From the sequence record DRR723986_7246: 43,478 nt of DNA; one strand, written 5' to 3'. The position numbers and the translations under genes are program-made. Position 1 is the stretch's first letter, and each line of letters opens with the position of its first letter. Below the pieces are notes generated by a model. The model was not told the DNA's origin. It searched no databases and saw only the letters and a list, made by a program, of their open reading frames with translations. Positions 20,203 through 29,362 of this stretch are shown in pieces.

Positions 20203-22997
20203 TTCTTTTCCTCCACTTCACTCCATTCAACCTTGAGAGCCGTTTTGGCTCCTTTTGCCACCCGGAAATCATTGCTGATTCGATGTCCAACGACCCACAG
20301 AATATCCCGGCTTGTGGACAAAACCAGTTGGTGTTGTTTGTCAATGAGTGGCACTTTCTGATTGGTCAGAAAGTCGCTGATTTTCATGTTGCCGCGCATG
20401 CCGAGTGGTTTGAAACTGTCGCCCGGTTCCCAGGTTCGCAGAGTCATTCGGCGTGGTGTTGTTTCCATGTCCAGGAATTCAACATTGGGATTGTTTTCGT
20501 ATTTGGCTACATCCACCGCCACTTCGCTAAGGCGCAGTTTGTGATTGCCAACAACAATTTCCTGACCTTTTTCAACGGCTTTGCGAAGGCAGAATGCAGG
20601 TTGTTTTTCGGCGATAATAATTGTCTCGCGGTCTTTAAGACCAAAGAGTCGTCCAGAAATATCTGTCCGCGAGCCAACATCACCATCCATCAATGCCAGG
20701 AGCCTGTCCACCGCTGCAATCGGCATCGGAAGAATGTGGAACTGTTTCTGAATGATGCGCTGAAGCAACTCACCTTGCAGGAACTCGCTGTGCGCTTTTA
20801 GCGCTGCGATCAATAAAGTGATCCGCGAATTACCTTTGGTTTTAACGATCCGCTGAACAGACCGTTCCACCATTTGGGTTACGGCTTTGTCGGCGCCATT
20901 CAGCAGGCGAGAAGTACGCAGCAGAATGTCCACGATGGCTGGGGAGTAGTCGGCTTCAAGATGCGGCAGTAAGTCATGCCGGATTTTGTTGCGCGTAAAC
21001 AGCATCAGATTGTTGCTTTCATCTTCACGCCAGTTGATCCCGCGTGCACCGGCATACGCTTCCAACTCGTCTTTTTTCGTATTCAAAAATGGACGAATCA
21101 GGCTGCAGTCTTTCGTGAAACGCCTGCGTGCTGGAATCCCACTGAGTCCGGTCAGGCCTGTGCCGCGCACCAGATTCAGCAAAAGGGTCTCCACGGTATC
21201 ATTGGCTGTGTGTGCCGTGGCTACCAAACTTGCATTTGATTTGCGAGCTACCTGTTCCAGGAAGCGATAACGCACGTCCCGCGACGCCTGTTCTACACTG
21301 ATTTTAGCGCGCGAAGCGTAGGTATTGATATCTGCCGCTCCACCAATGAAGGGGAGTGCCAGTTCCTGGGCGCGCGTGCGTACAAATTCTTCGTCACTAT
21401 CGGCTTTGTCACCACGCAATCTGTGATTGAAGTGAGCCACAAAAAGTTCGTAGTTGTTGCGGAATGCAAGTTCAACCATAATGTCGAGCATCACGGTTGA
21501 GTCAACGCCGCCGCTGACAGCTAAAATCACACGGGAACCACGCTCTACCGCCAATTCATTTTGCATTTGGCGTTCAACGCGCAGAATCAACTCGCGAACG
21601 GTATTTGGTGTATCGGACCAGGCATCCAGCGGCAGAGGCGTAGTGGCTTCCAGATAAGCATCACGGTCTTCCTGGCTCGGAAACTCGCGTGAGATTTTGA
21701 TTTTGGGAAGCTCCATCCTGCGCGTATCGGCTGTGCGCCGGCTACTCTTGCCACGACTTTTACCGCGTTTGCCCTTGCCCTCTTGCGTGCCGTTGGTTTC
21801 ATCTGCTGACGTCTCGCCGGGCGGCGGTGCTTCACGTTGAGCGTGCAGTGGTTTGCGGTCCGCATCATCCTGCAAATCTTCACCATCAGCGGCAGGTGCG
21901 TCCTCTTTGGCACCCTCGGATTTTGCGTGTTTGGGAGCTTTGTCTTTGGGTTTTTTGCCTTGCTCCGCCGATGTTTTATCGCTGCCACGTTTTGCGGATG
22001 ATTCTTCATCCTGCTCGTCTTTGCGACTGTCTTCGCGGCGTGCATGTTGCGGTTTTAACTCGTCTACATCATTCTGGTATTCATCTTCACGGCGCCGTTG
22101 CTGGCCTTTACCGCGACCGGATTTGCGATCATCTTTGCCGGCTTTATCGCGGCGCGAATCAGTTTCTTCCTGTGTGCTGTGGCCCTTGGCACCTTTGCCG
22201 CGACGATCACCTGACGTGCTGTCATCGCGCTCTTCGTCTGCGCGTCTGTTGTCTCGGCGGCTGCCTGATTTTCTGCGCGAATCCTGGTCTTCATCGCGTG
22301 AGCGTTTTTGCTTGCGACTGCCATCTTCATCTCTGGCGGGTGGGCCATAGAAGTCGTCGTAGTCGCCGGGAAACACGGCAGCAGACTCGGAATCATAGTC
22401 GATGCTACTGCGGCTACTGCGGCTCTCTTCATCGCGTTGAGAACGTCTGGCGCGCCCGCTATGTTCTGAGAGTTTATCGCGTTTGCCGTGTCGCGGACCG
22501 TCGTCTCGTTCCTCAGTTTTGAGGTCGTAATCTATCGACGGAGGGCTGCCAAAAAATTCTTCGTAGTACTGATCAGTCCATTCTGGTGCGCGCCCGTAAT
22601 ATTGATCACCACCGCCGTCACGGCTATCATAGCCGGATTGAGGCTCATCGTCGTAATAATGGGCAGGTGGACCAAAGGGGTGGTGCTCCGGTGTCAATGC
22701 CGGGCGAGAGGGAGGCCGCTGGATGCCCGAACGACTGCGATTTTGCGAACGATCACCACCGCGCCTGTCACGACTGCGATTTCGATTATCATTCCGGTCG
22801 TCGCTGCGATTGGACCTGCGGTTCTGCGAGTCCTGGCCACCACGATTACGTCCCTGGGAGGACCGTGGTTCATCACTGTTGTTGGGTTGGCGGCTACGCC
22901 CTTTTGCATTTCCTTCACCTGAAGAAGGTGAAGGTCCGTCTGAATGTGGAGTACGCGAGGAACTCCTGGAAGATCCCGCGTCAGATTTTTTTGCCAT
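20199..22997 (-). CDS. tilS: tRNA(Ile)-lysidine synthetase with a ~430-aa low-complexity N-terminal extension
   Basis: PP-loop AVSGGVDS at about residue 493-500, HFNHRLR, EQASRDVRY, TAHTANDTVET, RPFL, DESN...RNKIR, TilS_C RTWEPGDSFKPLGMRG; alternative start ATG 21716. Confidence 0.9.
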   Translation of the reverse strand: MAKKSDAGSSRSSSRTPHSDGPSPSSGEGNAKGRSRQPNNSDEPRSSQGRNRGGQDSQNRRSNRSDDRNDNRNRSRDRRGGDRSQNRSRSGIQRPPSRPALTPEHHPFGPPAHYYDDEPQSGYDSRDGGGDQYYGRAPEWTDQYYEEFFGSPPSIDYDLKTEERDDGPRHGKRDKLSEHSGRARRSQRDEESRSSRSSIDYDSESAAVFPGDYDDFYGPPARDEDGSRKQKRSRDEDQDSRRKSGSRRDNRRADEERDDSTSGDRRGKGAKGHSTQEETDSRRDKAGKDDRKSGRGKGQQRRREDEYQNDVDELKPQHARREDSRKDEQDEESSAKRGSDKTSAEQGKKPKDKAPKHAKSEGAKEDAPAADGEDLQDDADRKPLHAQREAPPPGETSADETNGTQEGKGKRGKSRGKSSRRTADTRRMELPKIKISREFPSQEDRDAYLEATTPLPLDAWSDTPNTVRELILRVERQMQNELAVERGSRVILAVSGGVDSTVMLDIMVELAFRNNYELFVAHFNHRLRGDKADSDEEFVRTRAQELALPFIGGAADINTYASRAKISVEQASRDVRYRFLEQVARKSNASLVATAHTANDTVETLLLNLVRGTGLTGLSGIPARRRFTKDCSLIRPFLNTKKDELEAYAGARGINWREDESNNLMLFTRNKIRHDLLPHLEADYSPAIVDILLRTSRLLNGADKAVTQMVERSVQRIVKTKGNSRITLLIAALKAHSEFLQGELLQRIIQKQFHILPMPIAAVDRLLALMDGDVGSRTDISGRLFGLKDRETIIIAEKQPAFCLRKAVEKGQEIVVGNHKLRLSEVAVDVAKYENNPNVEFLDMETTPRRMTLRTWEPGDSFKPLGMRGNMKISDFLTNQKVPLIDKQHQLVLSTSRDILWVVGHRISNDFRVAKGAKTALKVEWSEVEEKN

Positions 22998-23126
22998 GTT
23001 ATCTTTTAGTACCCGTCAAAATAAGTGTGCGGGTTTTTAAGCCGTGCGCGGCGGAAGCAGCTAAAGGTGCCGGACTGCTAGACCTAAGGGTTGTACCCTG
23101 TTCTGCGTCCTGCAAACACCCTGGAT

Positions 23127-24140
23127 TCAGGCTGCGACGTATACGTCTTCGTTCGCCTGGCGCTCGGCTTCATATTCTTGCAAAAACTCGCGGTAGCGCA
23201 CTAGGCGCTCCTCGATTTGTTCGTAACTGTCGTATCGTACCAAGTCCCCACGAGCCGCCGAAGCGCAGTGTAGGCCCTTGAGATAGCCACTGTAAAATTT
23301 GCGAAATTCGCGAATCCCAACGTTGTCGCCTTTGAAGCGAATCGCCAGGTGTAAATGTTCCATTAGTGTATTGATGCGCTCTTCAGGCGTAGGTGAAGGC
23401 TCGAGAATGCCCTCATCCAGATAACGCCGTGTTTGGCGCATAATGAACGGGTTGGAGATAGCTGCACGGCCAATCATGACTGCATCACAGCCGGTTTCAT
23501 CAAATGCACGTTTTGCATCTTGTGGCGTTTTGATGTCACCATTGATGATGATTGGGATCGATACAGCTTTTTTGACTTTGGCAATCCAATCCCAACTGGC
23601 ATCTCCGTTGTGCCCCATATCACGCGTGCGGCAATGAATGGCCAATGCCGCGATTCCAGCCTGCTCCAGCCTGCGCGCTACATCTTCTATGACGATGGAG
23701 TCCTTGTCCCAGCCCAGACGTGTTTTTAAGGTGACGGGCAGTTTGACGGCATCAACAACTTCCTTCGCCATTTTGGCCATCAGCGGAGGATCTTTGAGCA
23801 GGGCGGCGCCGGCGCTGCGTGCAACGACGTTCTTGACCCAGCAACCACAATTGATATCGATGAAATCAGGTCCAGCTTCTTCTGAAAGCCGTGCCGCTTC
23901 CATCATAACCGGAATGTTGCCACCGAAGATTTGAATCGCAACCGGACGTTCCTCGTCTTCTACCGTCAATTTTGAGCGCGAACGCCATGCATTGCGTACG
24001 AGCCCTTCAGAAGAAATGAACTCCGTGTAGACGATGTCAGCACCAAGGCGTTTGCACACGATGCGAAATGCAACGTCTGTAACGTCTTCCATAGGTGCAA
24101 GCAAAACACCGCGATCTACTTCTATCGATCCAATCCGCAT
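23127..24140 (-). CDS. dusB: tRNA-dihydrouridine synthase B
   Basis: LAPMEDVTD, YTEFI, QIFG, DINCGC, TLKTRLGW, IHCRT, NGDI, MIGRAA motifs; start taken at ATG 24140. Confidence 0.93.
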   Translation of the reverse strand: MRIGSIEVDRGVLLAPMEDVTDVAFRIVCKRLGADIVYTEFISSEGLVRNAWRSRSKLTVEDEERPVAIQIFGGNIPVMMEAARLSEEAGPDFIDINCGCWVKNVVARSAGAALLKDPPLMAKMAKEVVDAVKLPVTLKTRLGWDKDSIVIEDVARRLEQAGIAALAIHCRTRDMGHNGDASWDWIAKVKKAVSIPIIINGDIKTPQDAKRAFDETGCDAVMIGRAAISNPFIMRQTRRYLDEGILEPSPTPEERINTLMEHLHLAIRFKGDNVGIREFRKFYSGYLKGLHCASAARGDLVRYDSYEQIEERLVRYREFLQEYEAERQANEDVYVAA

Positions 24141-24331
24141 AGCTGCGGCATCCTTTGTTCTGTCGGCCAAACTGGATTTTGTTCCCGGGGCAAGTCAAAT
24201 TTTCCTTGCCCGAAACACAGCAATCTGGAAATTTACGAAAAATGCGTGTCGTCTGAAACCTTGTCTGATGATTGTCGGTCAGTCTGGTGCATTTTTCCTG
24301 CCCCAGGTTCAAAATTTGTAACTGAGAATTC

Positions 24332-26308
24332 TTAGTCACTCAGAGCGCTCAATTCATCACTAAGGCCTGACCACTCTGTCATTTTCTCTTCCAGCTGCAC
24401 CTTGGTCTTTTCTATAAAACGCAAGATGTTTGAAGAATCCGGCGAATCATAAAATCCGTCGGAGCTTGCCTGCGCCTCGTATGCAGCCAGGCGTTCTTCC
24501 AATTTTACTATTTCCGCTTCACAATCACTGACGGCCCGTTTGACCCGGCGGGATTCAGCCTGGCGGCGTTTGCGATCTTTCCAGGCATTCTTGCCTTCAG
24601 GAGCATTCGACTTTTCCCGGCCCCTTTTGATTGAGGTTGCACCTGAAGTTTGATTTGCGTCAGTCCCGGAAGACTTTTCGGCCTCAAACTCGCGGAAGGA
24701 GTCTACATTGCGCGTGCGCAGGAACTCGCGAATGTCACCTGTATGCTCCTGAACGCCACCATCGCGAAATTCGATAACGCGCGTAGTTAAACCCTCAAGA
24801 AACTCACGGTCGTGAGACACGACAATCAACGCACCTTCATATTCGAGAAGTGCGCGTTTGAGAACGTCCTTGCTCATCATGTCAAGGTGATTGGTTGGCT
24901 CGTCAAGCACCAGTAGATTTATCGGGTCGAGCAGTAGTTTGGCGAGGGCCAAACGCGACTTCTCACCACCCGATAGAACTTTGATCTTTTTGAAGACCGC
25001 ATCACCGCTGAACAAAAATGCTCCGAGCAGATCACGCACTTTGGTGCGCATATCTCCGGTAGCGGCCTCATCGATTACATCAAAAACGGTCGCCGTGCTG
25101 CGCAACATTTCTGCCTGGTGCTGCGCATAGAAGCCCATGATGGTGTTATGCCCCAATTCGCAATGGCCTTCATGCGATTCCTGGCCAACAATAATTTTAG
25201 AGAGTGTCGATTTGCCGGCACCGTTTTTACCTACGAAGGCCACCCGGTCGCCGCGTTCGAGCGTCAGATCAATGTTGTTCAGGACGTTCAGGTCATCATA
25301 ACTTTTACTGAGGCCTTTGATGTCCACCACTATTCGTCCGGAACGCGGCGTAGGCGGAAATCTGAAGTGAATGCGCGTCAGGTCGTCTTCATCGATCTCA
25401 ATTCGATCGATCTTTTCGAGCTGTTTGATGCGTGACTGAACCTGAACGGCTTTAGTCGCCTTGTAGCGGAATCGTTCAATGAATTTTTCAGTTTCCTCAA
25501 TCATCTTCTGTTGATTGCGGTACGCTTTGATCTGCTGTTCCTTGCGTTCGCGGCGCATTTCCACGTAAGCGCTATAAGCTGCATTGTAGTCGTAGACCTT
25601 GCCCAGCGAGATCTCAATGGTGCGCGAAGTCACAGCATCCAGGAAGGCACGGTCGTGTGAAACCAGGATTACAGCGCCGTCATAGTTGTGCAAAAAGTCC
25701 TCGACCCATTGAATTGACTCAATGTCCAGGTGGTTGGTCGGCTCATCAAGCAGGATGCAGGAAGGATGTTGCAGAAGAATCTTGGCCAGTTCGACGCGCA
25801 TTTGCCAGCCACCGCTGAACTCACTTGTATCGCGCTTCATGTCATCATGCTGAAAACCCAGGCCGGTCAGAACGCGTTCAATATCAGCTTCCATGCTGTG
25901 TCCACCGACGAGTTTGAATCGTTCGGTTGAGTCCGTTAGTTCTTCTATGAGGTTCGCATACTCATCAGACTGATAGTCTTCGCGTTCCGCGATAGCATCG
26001 GAGATTTCATTGATGCGCTCTTCAAGCCGTTTTGTCTCTTCAAAAGCTGTTGCGGCTTCCTCATAGACAGTTCTTCCGCCAACTGTTACGATATCTTGCG
26101 GCAAATACCCGATTGTGACTTCGCCGGCTGCATGTACTCCGCCACTTTCCGGTTCCATCTGGCCTGCCAAAATTTTTAGCAAGGTTGATTTTCCCGCACC
26201 GTTTTTACCCACGAGACCAATTTTGTCGCGCTGCGTAATCGTGAATGCAATCCCGTCAAAGAGGTAACGACCAACAAAGTGGACGGAAAGGTTTGAAACG
26301 CTAATCAT
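24332..26308 (-). CDS. ABC-F family ATPase (ribosome-associated)
   Basis: Two ABC domains (GKNGAGKST twice, FSGGWQMR/LSGGEKSR, LLDEPTNHLD twice), no TM segments, inter-ABC linker and C-terminal coiled coil. Confidence 0.95.
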   Translation of the reverse strand: MISVSNLSVHFVGRYLFDGIAFTITQRDKIGLVGKNGAGKSTLLKILAGQMEPESGGVHAAGEVTIGYLPQDIVTVGGRTVYEEAATAFEETKRLEERINEISDAIAEREDYQSDEYANLIEELTDSTERFKLVGGHSMEADIERVLTGLGFQHDDMKRDTSEFSGGWQMRVELAKILLQHPSCILLDEPTNHLDIESIQWVEDFLHNYDGAVILVSHDRAFLDAVTSRTIEISLGKVYDYNAAYSAYVEMRRERKEQQIKAYRNQQKMIEETEKFIERFRYKATKAVQVQSRIKQLEKIDRIEIDEDDLTRIHFRFPPTPRSGRIVVDIKGLSKSYDDLNVLNNIDLTLERGDRVAFVGKNGAGKSTLSKIIVGQESHEGHCELGHNTIMGFYAQHQAEMLRSTATVFDVIDEAATGDMRTKVRDLLGAFLFSGDAVFKKIKVLSGGEKSRLALAKLLLDPINLLVLDEPTNHLDMMSKDVLKRALLEYEGALIVVSHDREFLEGLTTRVIEFRDGGVQEHTGDIREFLRTRNVDSFREFEAEKSSGTDANQTSGATSIKRGREKSNAPEGKNAWKDRKRRQAESRRVKRAVSDCEAEIVKLEERLAAYEAQASSDGFYDSPDSSNILRFIEKTKVQLEEKMTEWSGLSDELSALSD

Positions 26309-27432
26309 GAGTTCTGTATTCCTTGCCTGCCTTGTACCAGCGATTGCATCAGGTCTAACATATTGCGTGCAGAGTCATCCCAATCAAATTGACGTGCCCA
26401 ATCGACTGCACCGGCTTCGAGTCTTGAGCGAAACTGCTCGTCCTCCAACACTTTAAGCATAGCCTTGCTTAGTGCGTCAATGTTGCCATATGGGTAGAGG
26501 ATACCGCTTACTCCATCGCGCACCGAGTCACGAAGTCCGGGAACATCGGCAGAGATTACAGGTGTGCCACAGGCATTTGCTTCAACATTTGTAATTCCCC
26601 AGCCTTCTTTCATCGATGGATTGATGACGCAGTGCGCCCGGCTCAATTGCTCAATCTTGTCTTCTTCACTTACGTATCCGTGAAAACGGCAGTAAGGCGC
26701 TATACCCAGTTCCTGTGCCAGCTGTTCCAATTCTTCGCGGAAAGTGCCACTGCCCAGGATTTCCAGGCGTGCTTCCGGAACCGACTGCCGCACTATCGCA
26801 AAGGCGCGCAGCACGTGATCGACGCTCTTATATTTCTTGAGGCGGCCAAAATAGGTAATCGTCGGCGTGCCATTCTTTTGTCCGATCCGCATTGGCAGGT
26901 GCGTTTGATCGATGCAATTGGGAATAATCGTCAAATTTTGAGGTTGGAAGCCTCGGGAGAGAAACTCTTGGCGCGTTGATTCAGATACGACTGCAAAATG
27001 TGTCTTGCGGTAAATGCGATCGACTATCTTCTCGGCTGTATAGACGTAGGTGCCGGCTATCTTGCCCGCTTCCAGGAAGATACTCTTGCCAAAGAAGTGA
27101 TGTCCAATCCCCAGAAGCGGCTCACGCACGAACAGGGGAGTATAGAATGGAATTTTGTTGAGATCATCGACGACGATGTCAAAACCACGATGCCTGAGAT
27201 CACGACGGTAACGCGGCCACACGAAGTAATTAAACAGATTGCGCGACCCTTCGCGGATAACTCTTATACCATCGATAGTTTCTTCGTTGGGTACGCCGTC
27301 GAAATGCGAGCAGAACAAGGTGACCTCATGTCCCATCGCTGCAATACGGCGGAATATTTCGTGTAGATGGACTTCCGCGCCGCCGCCGTTGGGATTGCGG
27401 ATGTCTTGCCAATTAATTACGAGTATTTTCAT
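26305..27432 (-). CDS. Glycosyltransferase family 4
   Basis: MKILVINWQD...GGAEVH N-terminus, GRLKKYK, EGWGITNVEANACGTPVI motif; stop overlaps the ABC-F start (ATGA). Confidence 0.93.
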   Translation of the reverse strand: MKILVINWQDIRNPNGGGAEVHLHEIFRRIAAMGHEVTLFCSHFDGVPNEETIDGIRVIREGSRNLFNYFVWPRYRRDLRHRGFDIVVDDLNKIPFYTPLFVREPLLGIGHHFFGKSIFLEAGKIAGTYVYTAEKIVDRIYRKTHFAVVSESTRQEFLSRGFQPQNLTIIPNCIDQTHLPMRIGQKNGTPTITYFGRLKKYKSVDHVLRAFAIVRQSVPEARLEILGSGTFREELEQLAQELGIAPYCRFHGYVSEEDKIEQLSRAHCVINPSMKEGWGITNVEANACGTPVISADVPGLRDSVRDGVSGILYPYGNIDALSKAMLKVLEDEQFRSRLEAGAVDWARQFDWDDSARNMLDLMQSLVQGRQGIQNS

Positions 27433-27438
27433 GCTTGG

Positions 27439-27446
27439 CAAATATA
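27439..27446 (-). promoter_or_regulatory. Candidate Bacteroidota-type -7 promoter element TAnnTTTG upstream of the GT4 gene
   Basis: Minus strand reads ...gcgTATATTTGccaagcATG; a matching -33 element is not convincing. Confidence 0.35.
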
Positions 27447-27476
27447 CGCAAGTTTTCCCGTCGCTTAGTTCAATAC

Positions 27477-28991
27477 TTAACCGGTGCGCAGCCGCTCGCT
27501 GCTGCTGTCGTGTTTAAACATCTGTTCCTGGCGTGCTAAAATTTGAAGCACCCAGGTCCAAAGCCGGTCGTAGGGAATAATCTCATGGTCGTCCATATAG
27601 TTGGGGCTGCGGCGCAGTTTTTGCAGCCATTTTCGCGCCAGTTTCTCGACGCGGTTGTAATCGGCCTGTTCTTTTGGAATTAAGATTAGCATTCGGATAA
27701 ATACCATGGAACGATAGGACTCAGACTTGTTTAAGTGCTTCTCTGCATAATAGTTTAAGGCCTTAAAATGCTCGTCAAGGTCCTCCACTCCGCTTATTAG
27801 AATTTTGAACAATGCCTGAATTATTGTTAATGAGATGTTCCAGCCGTGGCGCGTGCGTGAAATCAGCGGGAAACTGTTGCTCCACTGCATGATCATGTGT
27901 TTTTCGTTGTGCTCAATCTTGCCGCCGTCGCGAAGGTAAATAAAGAACAAATATGCCTTAAACAACTCCCAAAGCTCTTGGGTTTGTGCGCTCTGCTGCA
28001 CGAAACGCTCCGATGCAAAAACTTTTTGCAGCGTCTCATTGGCGTCCGATATTTTTCCTAAATGGAGCGCCAGAATAAATGCATAAGTTTGAAATGTGAA
28101 CCAGGAGTCCTGGTTGTCCGTGTTAAATCGCAGGCAGGACAAAAACGCAAAACGCGCGTTAACCGGGTCGTGTAGTTTGAGAAATGACTTGCCCTTGTTG
28201 GCCAGAAATTCGATGTGTTCCTTTATCAGCGTTAAATGTGGAACTGAGCGGAAGTACAGCAGGGCCTCGTCGGAAATTACAATCGCTTCCTGGTGGCGTT
28301 TTTCGGCTTGAGCCAGGTAGCAGGCTGAGCGGAAATAGAACATTTGAATTGCATGTGATTCGTGCCTGTGCCTGTGTACATCTAACTTCTGAAGGCTGAT
28401 ATGCAGCTCATGTAAGTGTTCCGCGTTTAGGCGCGGTGAAGAGGATACAGTCATCCGTATTTTTTGATAAAGGTACTTCAGTTCACATTCAGCGGCCGTG
28501 CGTTCCGTTAACTCTTTTATTCTACGACTGATTAATTCAAATTCGTTATGACGGTTTTGTTTACTGTAATAAGATTGAACTAATTTTGCGCATTCAAGTT
28601 CAATATGCGTAATTTGATAGCGGGCAGCCTGTTCCATCAAGCGCTTTGTCAACTGATAGGCCAGGTTCTCAAAGAAAAAGCGCCACAGATAGAATATGAT
28701 GTAGAACCGTTTGCGAATGGCGGCCTCCGCTGCAAAGCGTTCGGAGTACTTTTCGCTGCTGATTTCGATATGTAGTAACGAGTCAAGTAAGCGCTCGCGC
28801 AACCTAAATTTAAGAGCACGATATGTTGACGTCGTTTTTGTTTTGCCATAGAGAATTTGCAGCGCTTTGTAGTCCGTGTCGCAATCTTTTGACTTTGCCA
28901 ACTTAAAAAAACGTGTTTCTGTGCTGCTAAGTGACGACAATGGCAGTTTTTGTTTTGCAACAAATCGCGCGAGTTTCTTAAGATTTTTCAT
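27477..28991 (-). CDS. Uncharacterised all-helical (TPR-like) cytoplasmic protein with a basic, possibly DNA-binding N-terminus
   Basis: 504-aa ORF with no signal peptide; N-terminal LYG...YRALKFRLRERLL; TPR-like helices (YLAQAEKRHQEAI, KGKSFLKLHDPVNARFAF); C-terminal EIIPYDRLW. Confidence 0.8.
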   Translation of the reverse strand: MKNLKKLARFVAKQKLPLSSLSSTETRFFKLAKSKDCDTDYKALQILYGKTKTTSTYRALKFRLRERLLDSLLHIEISSEKYSERFAAEAAIRKRFYIIFYLWRFFFENLAYQLTKRLMEQAARYQITHIELECAKLVQSYYSKQNRHNEFELISRRIKELTERTAAECELKYLYQKIRMTVSSSPRLNAEHLHELHISLQKLDVHRHRHESHAIQMFYFRSACYLAQAEKRHQEAIVISDEALLYFRSVPHLTLIKEHIEFLANKGKSFLKLHDPVNARFAFLSCLRFNTDNQDSWFTFQTYAFILALHLGKISDANETLQKVFASERFVQQSAQTQELWELFKAYLFFIYLRDGGKIEHNEKHMIMQWSNSFPLISRTRHGWNISLTIIQALFKILISGVEDLDEHFKALNYYAEKHLNKSESYRSMVFIRMLILIPKEQADYNRVEKLARKWLQKLRRSPNYMDDHEIIPYDRLWTWVLQILARQEQMFKHDSSSERLRTG

Positions 28992-29152
28992 TAGATCCCG
29001 TTTGAAATCAGGGTGTTAAGTGCTTTTTGGTTCTATTTGAGCAATATCTGCCTGCAACACATGCGTGTTAACTATCACCAAGGAAATACGCCACGTTATG
29101 CATCTTTCCACTTCTAAAGCATTATGCAAAACTGACCTGTGGAGGACGCGCC

Positions 29153-29362
29153 GTGTTAACTTTACTCTGTATTCTACTGTATCTTAGTGAAATTGTGAGC
29201 CCAAATACCTATCATTTGTCGGAGATCGAAGCGCTTGAGCAGGCGAATCTGGTCCAGATTCAGCAGATTGAATCAGATCAGACTTTAACCAGTCAAATCG
29301 TGTTGGACTATCAGGATGAGGCTTCCTGGATCGACTTTTATGACGATGAAAGTGGCTGGTGA
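29153..29362 (+). CDS. Small (69 aa) protein with hydrophobic N-terminus and acidic C-terminus
   Basis: GGAGG at 29141-29145, 7 nt before GTG; MLTLLCILLYL hydrophobic start; no Lys or Arg; ends WIDFYDDESGW; divergent from the 504-aa gene. Confidence 0.65.
   Translation: MLTLLCILLYLSEIVSPNTYHLSEIEALEQANLVQIQQIESDQTLTSQIVLDYQDEASWIDFYDDESGW

Noticed and set aside
21827-23281. Plus-strand ORFs opposite the TilS extension as the true genes
   Set aside because: Their composition mirrors the minus-strand low-complexity frame, which runs uninterrupted into tilS.
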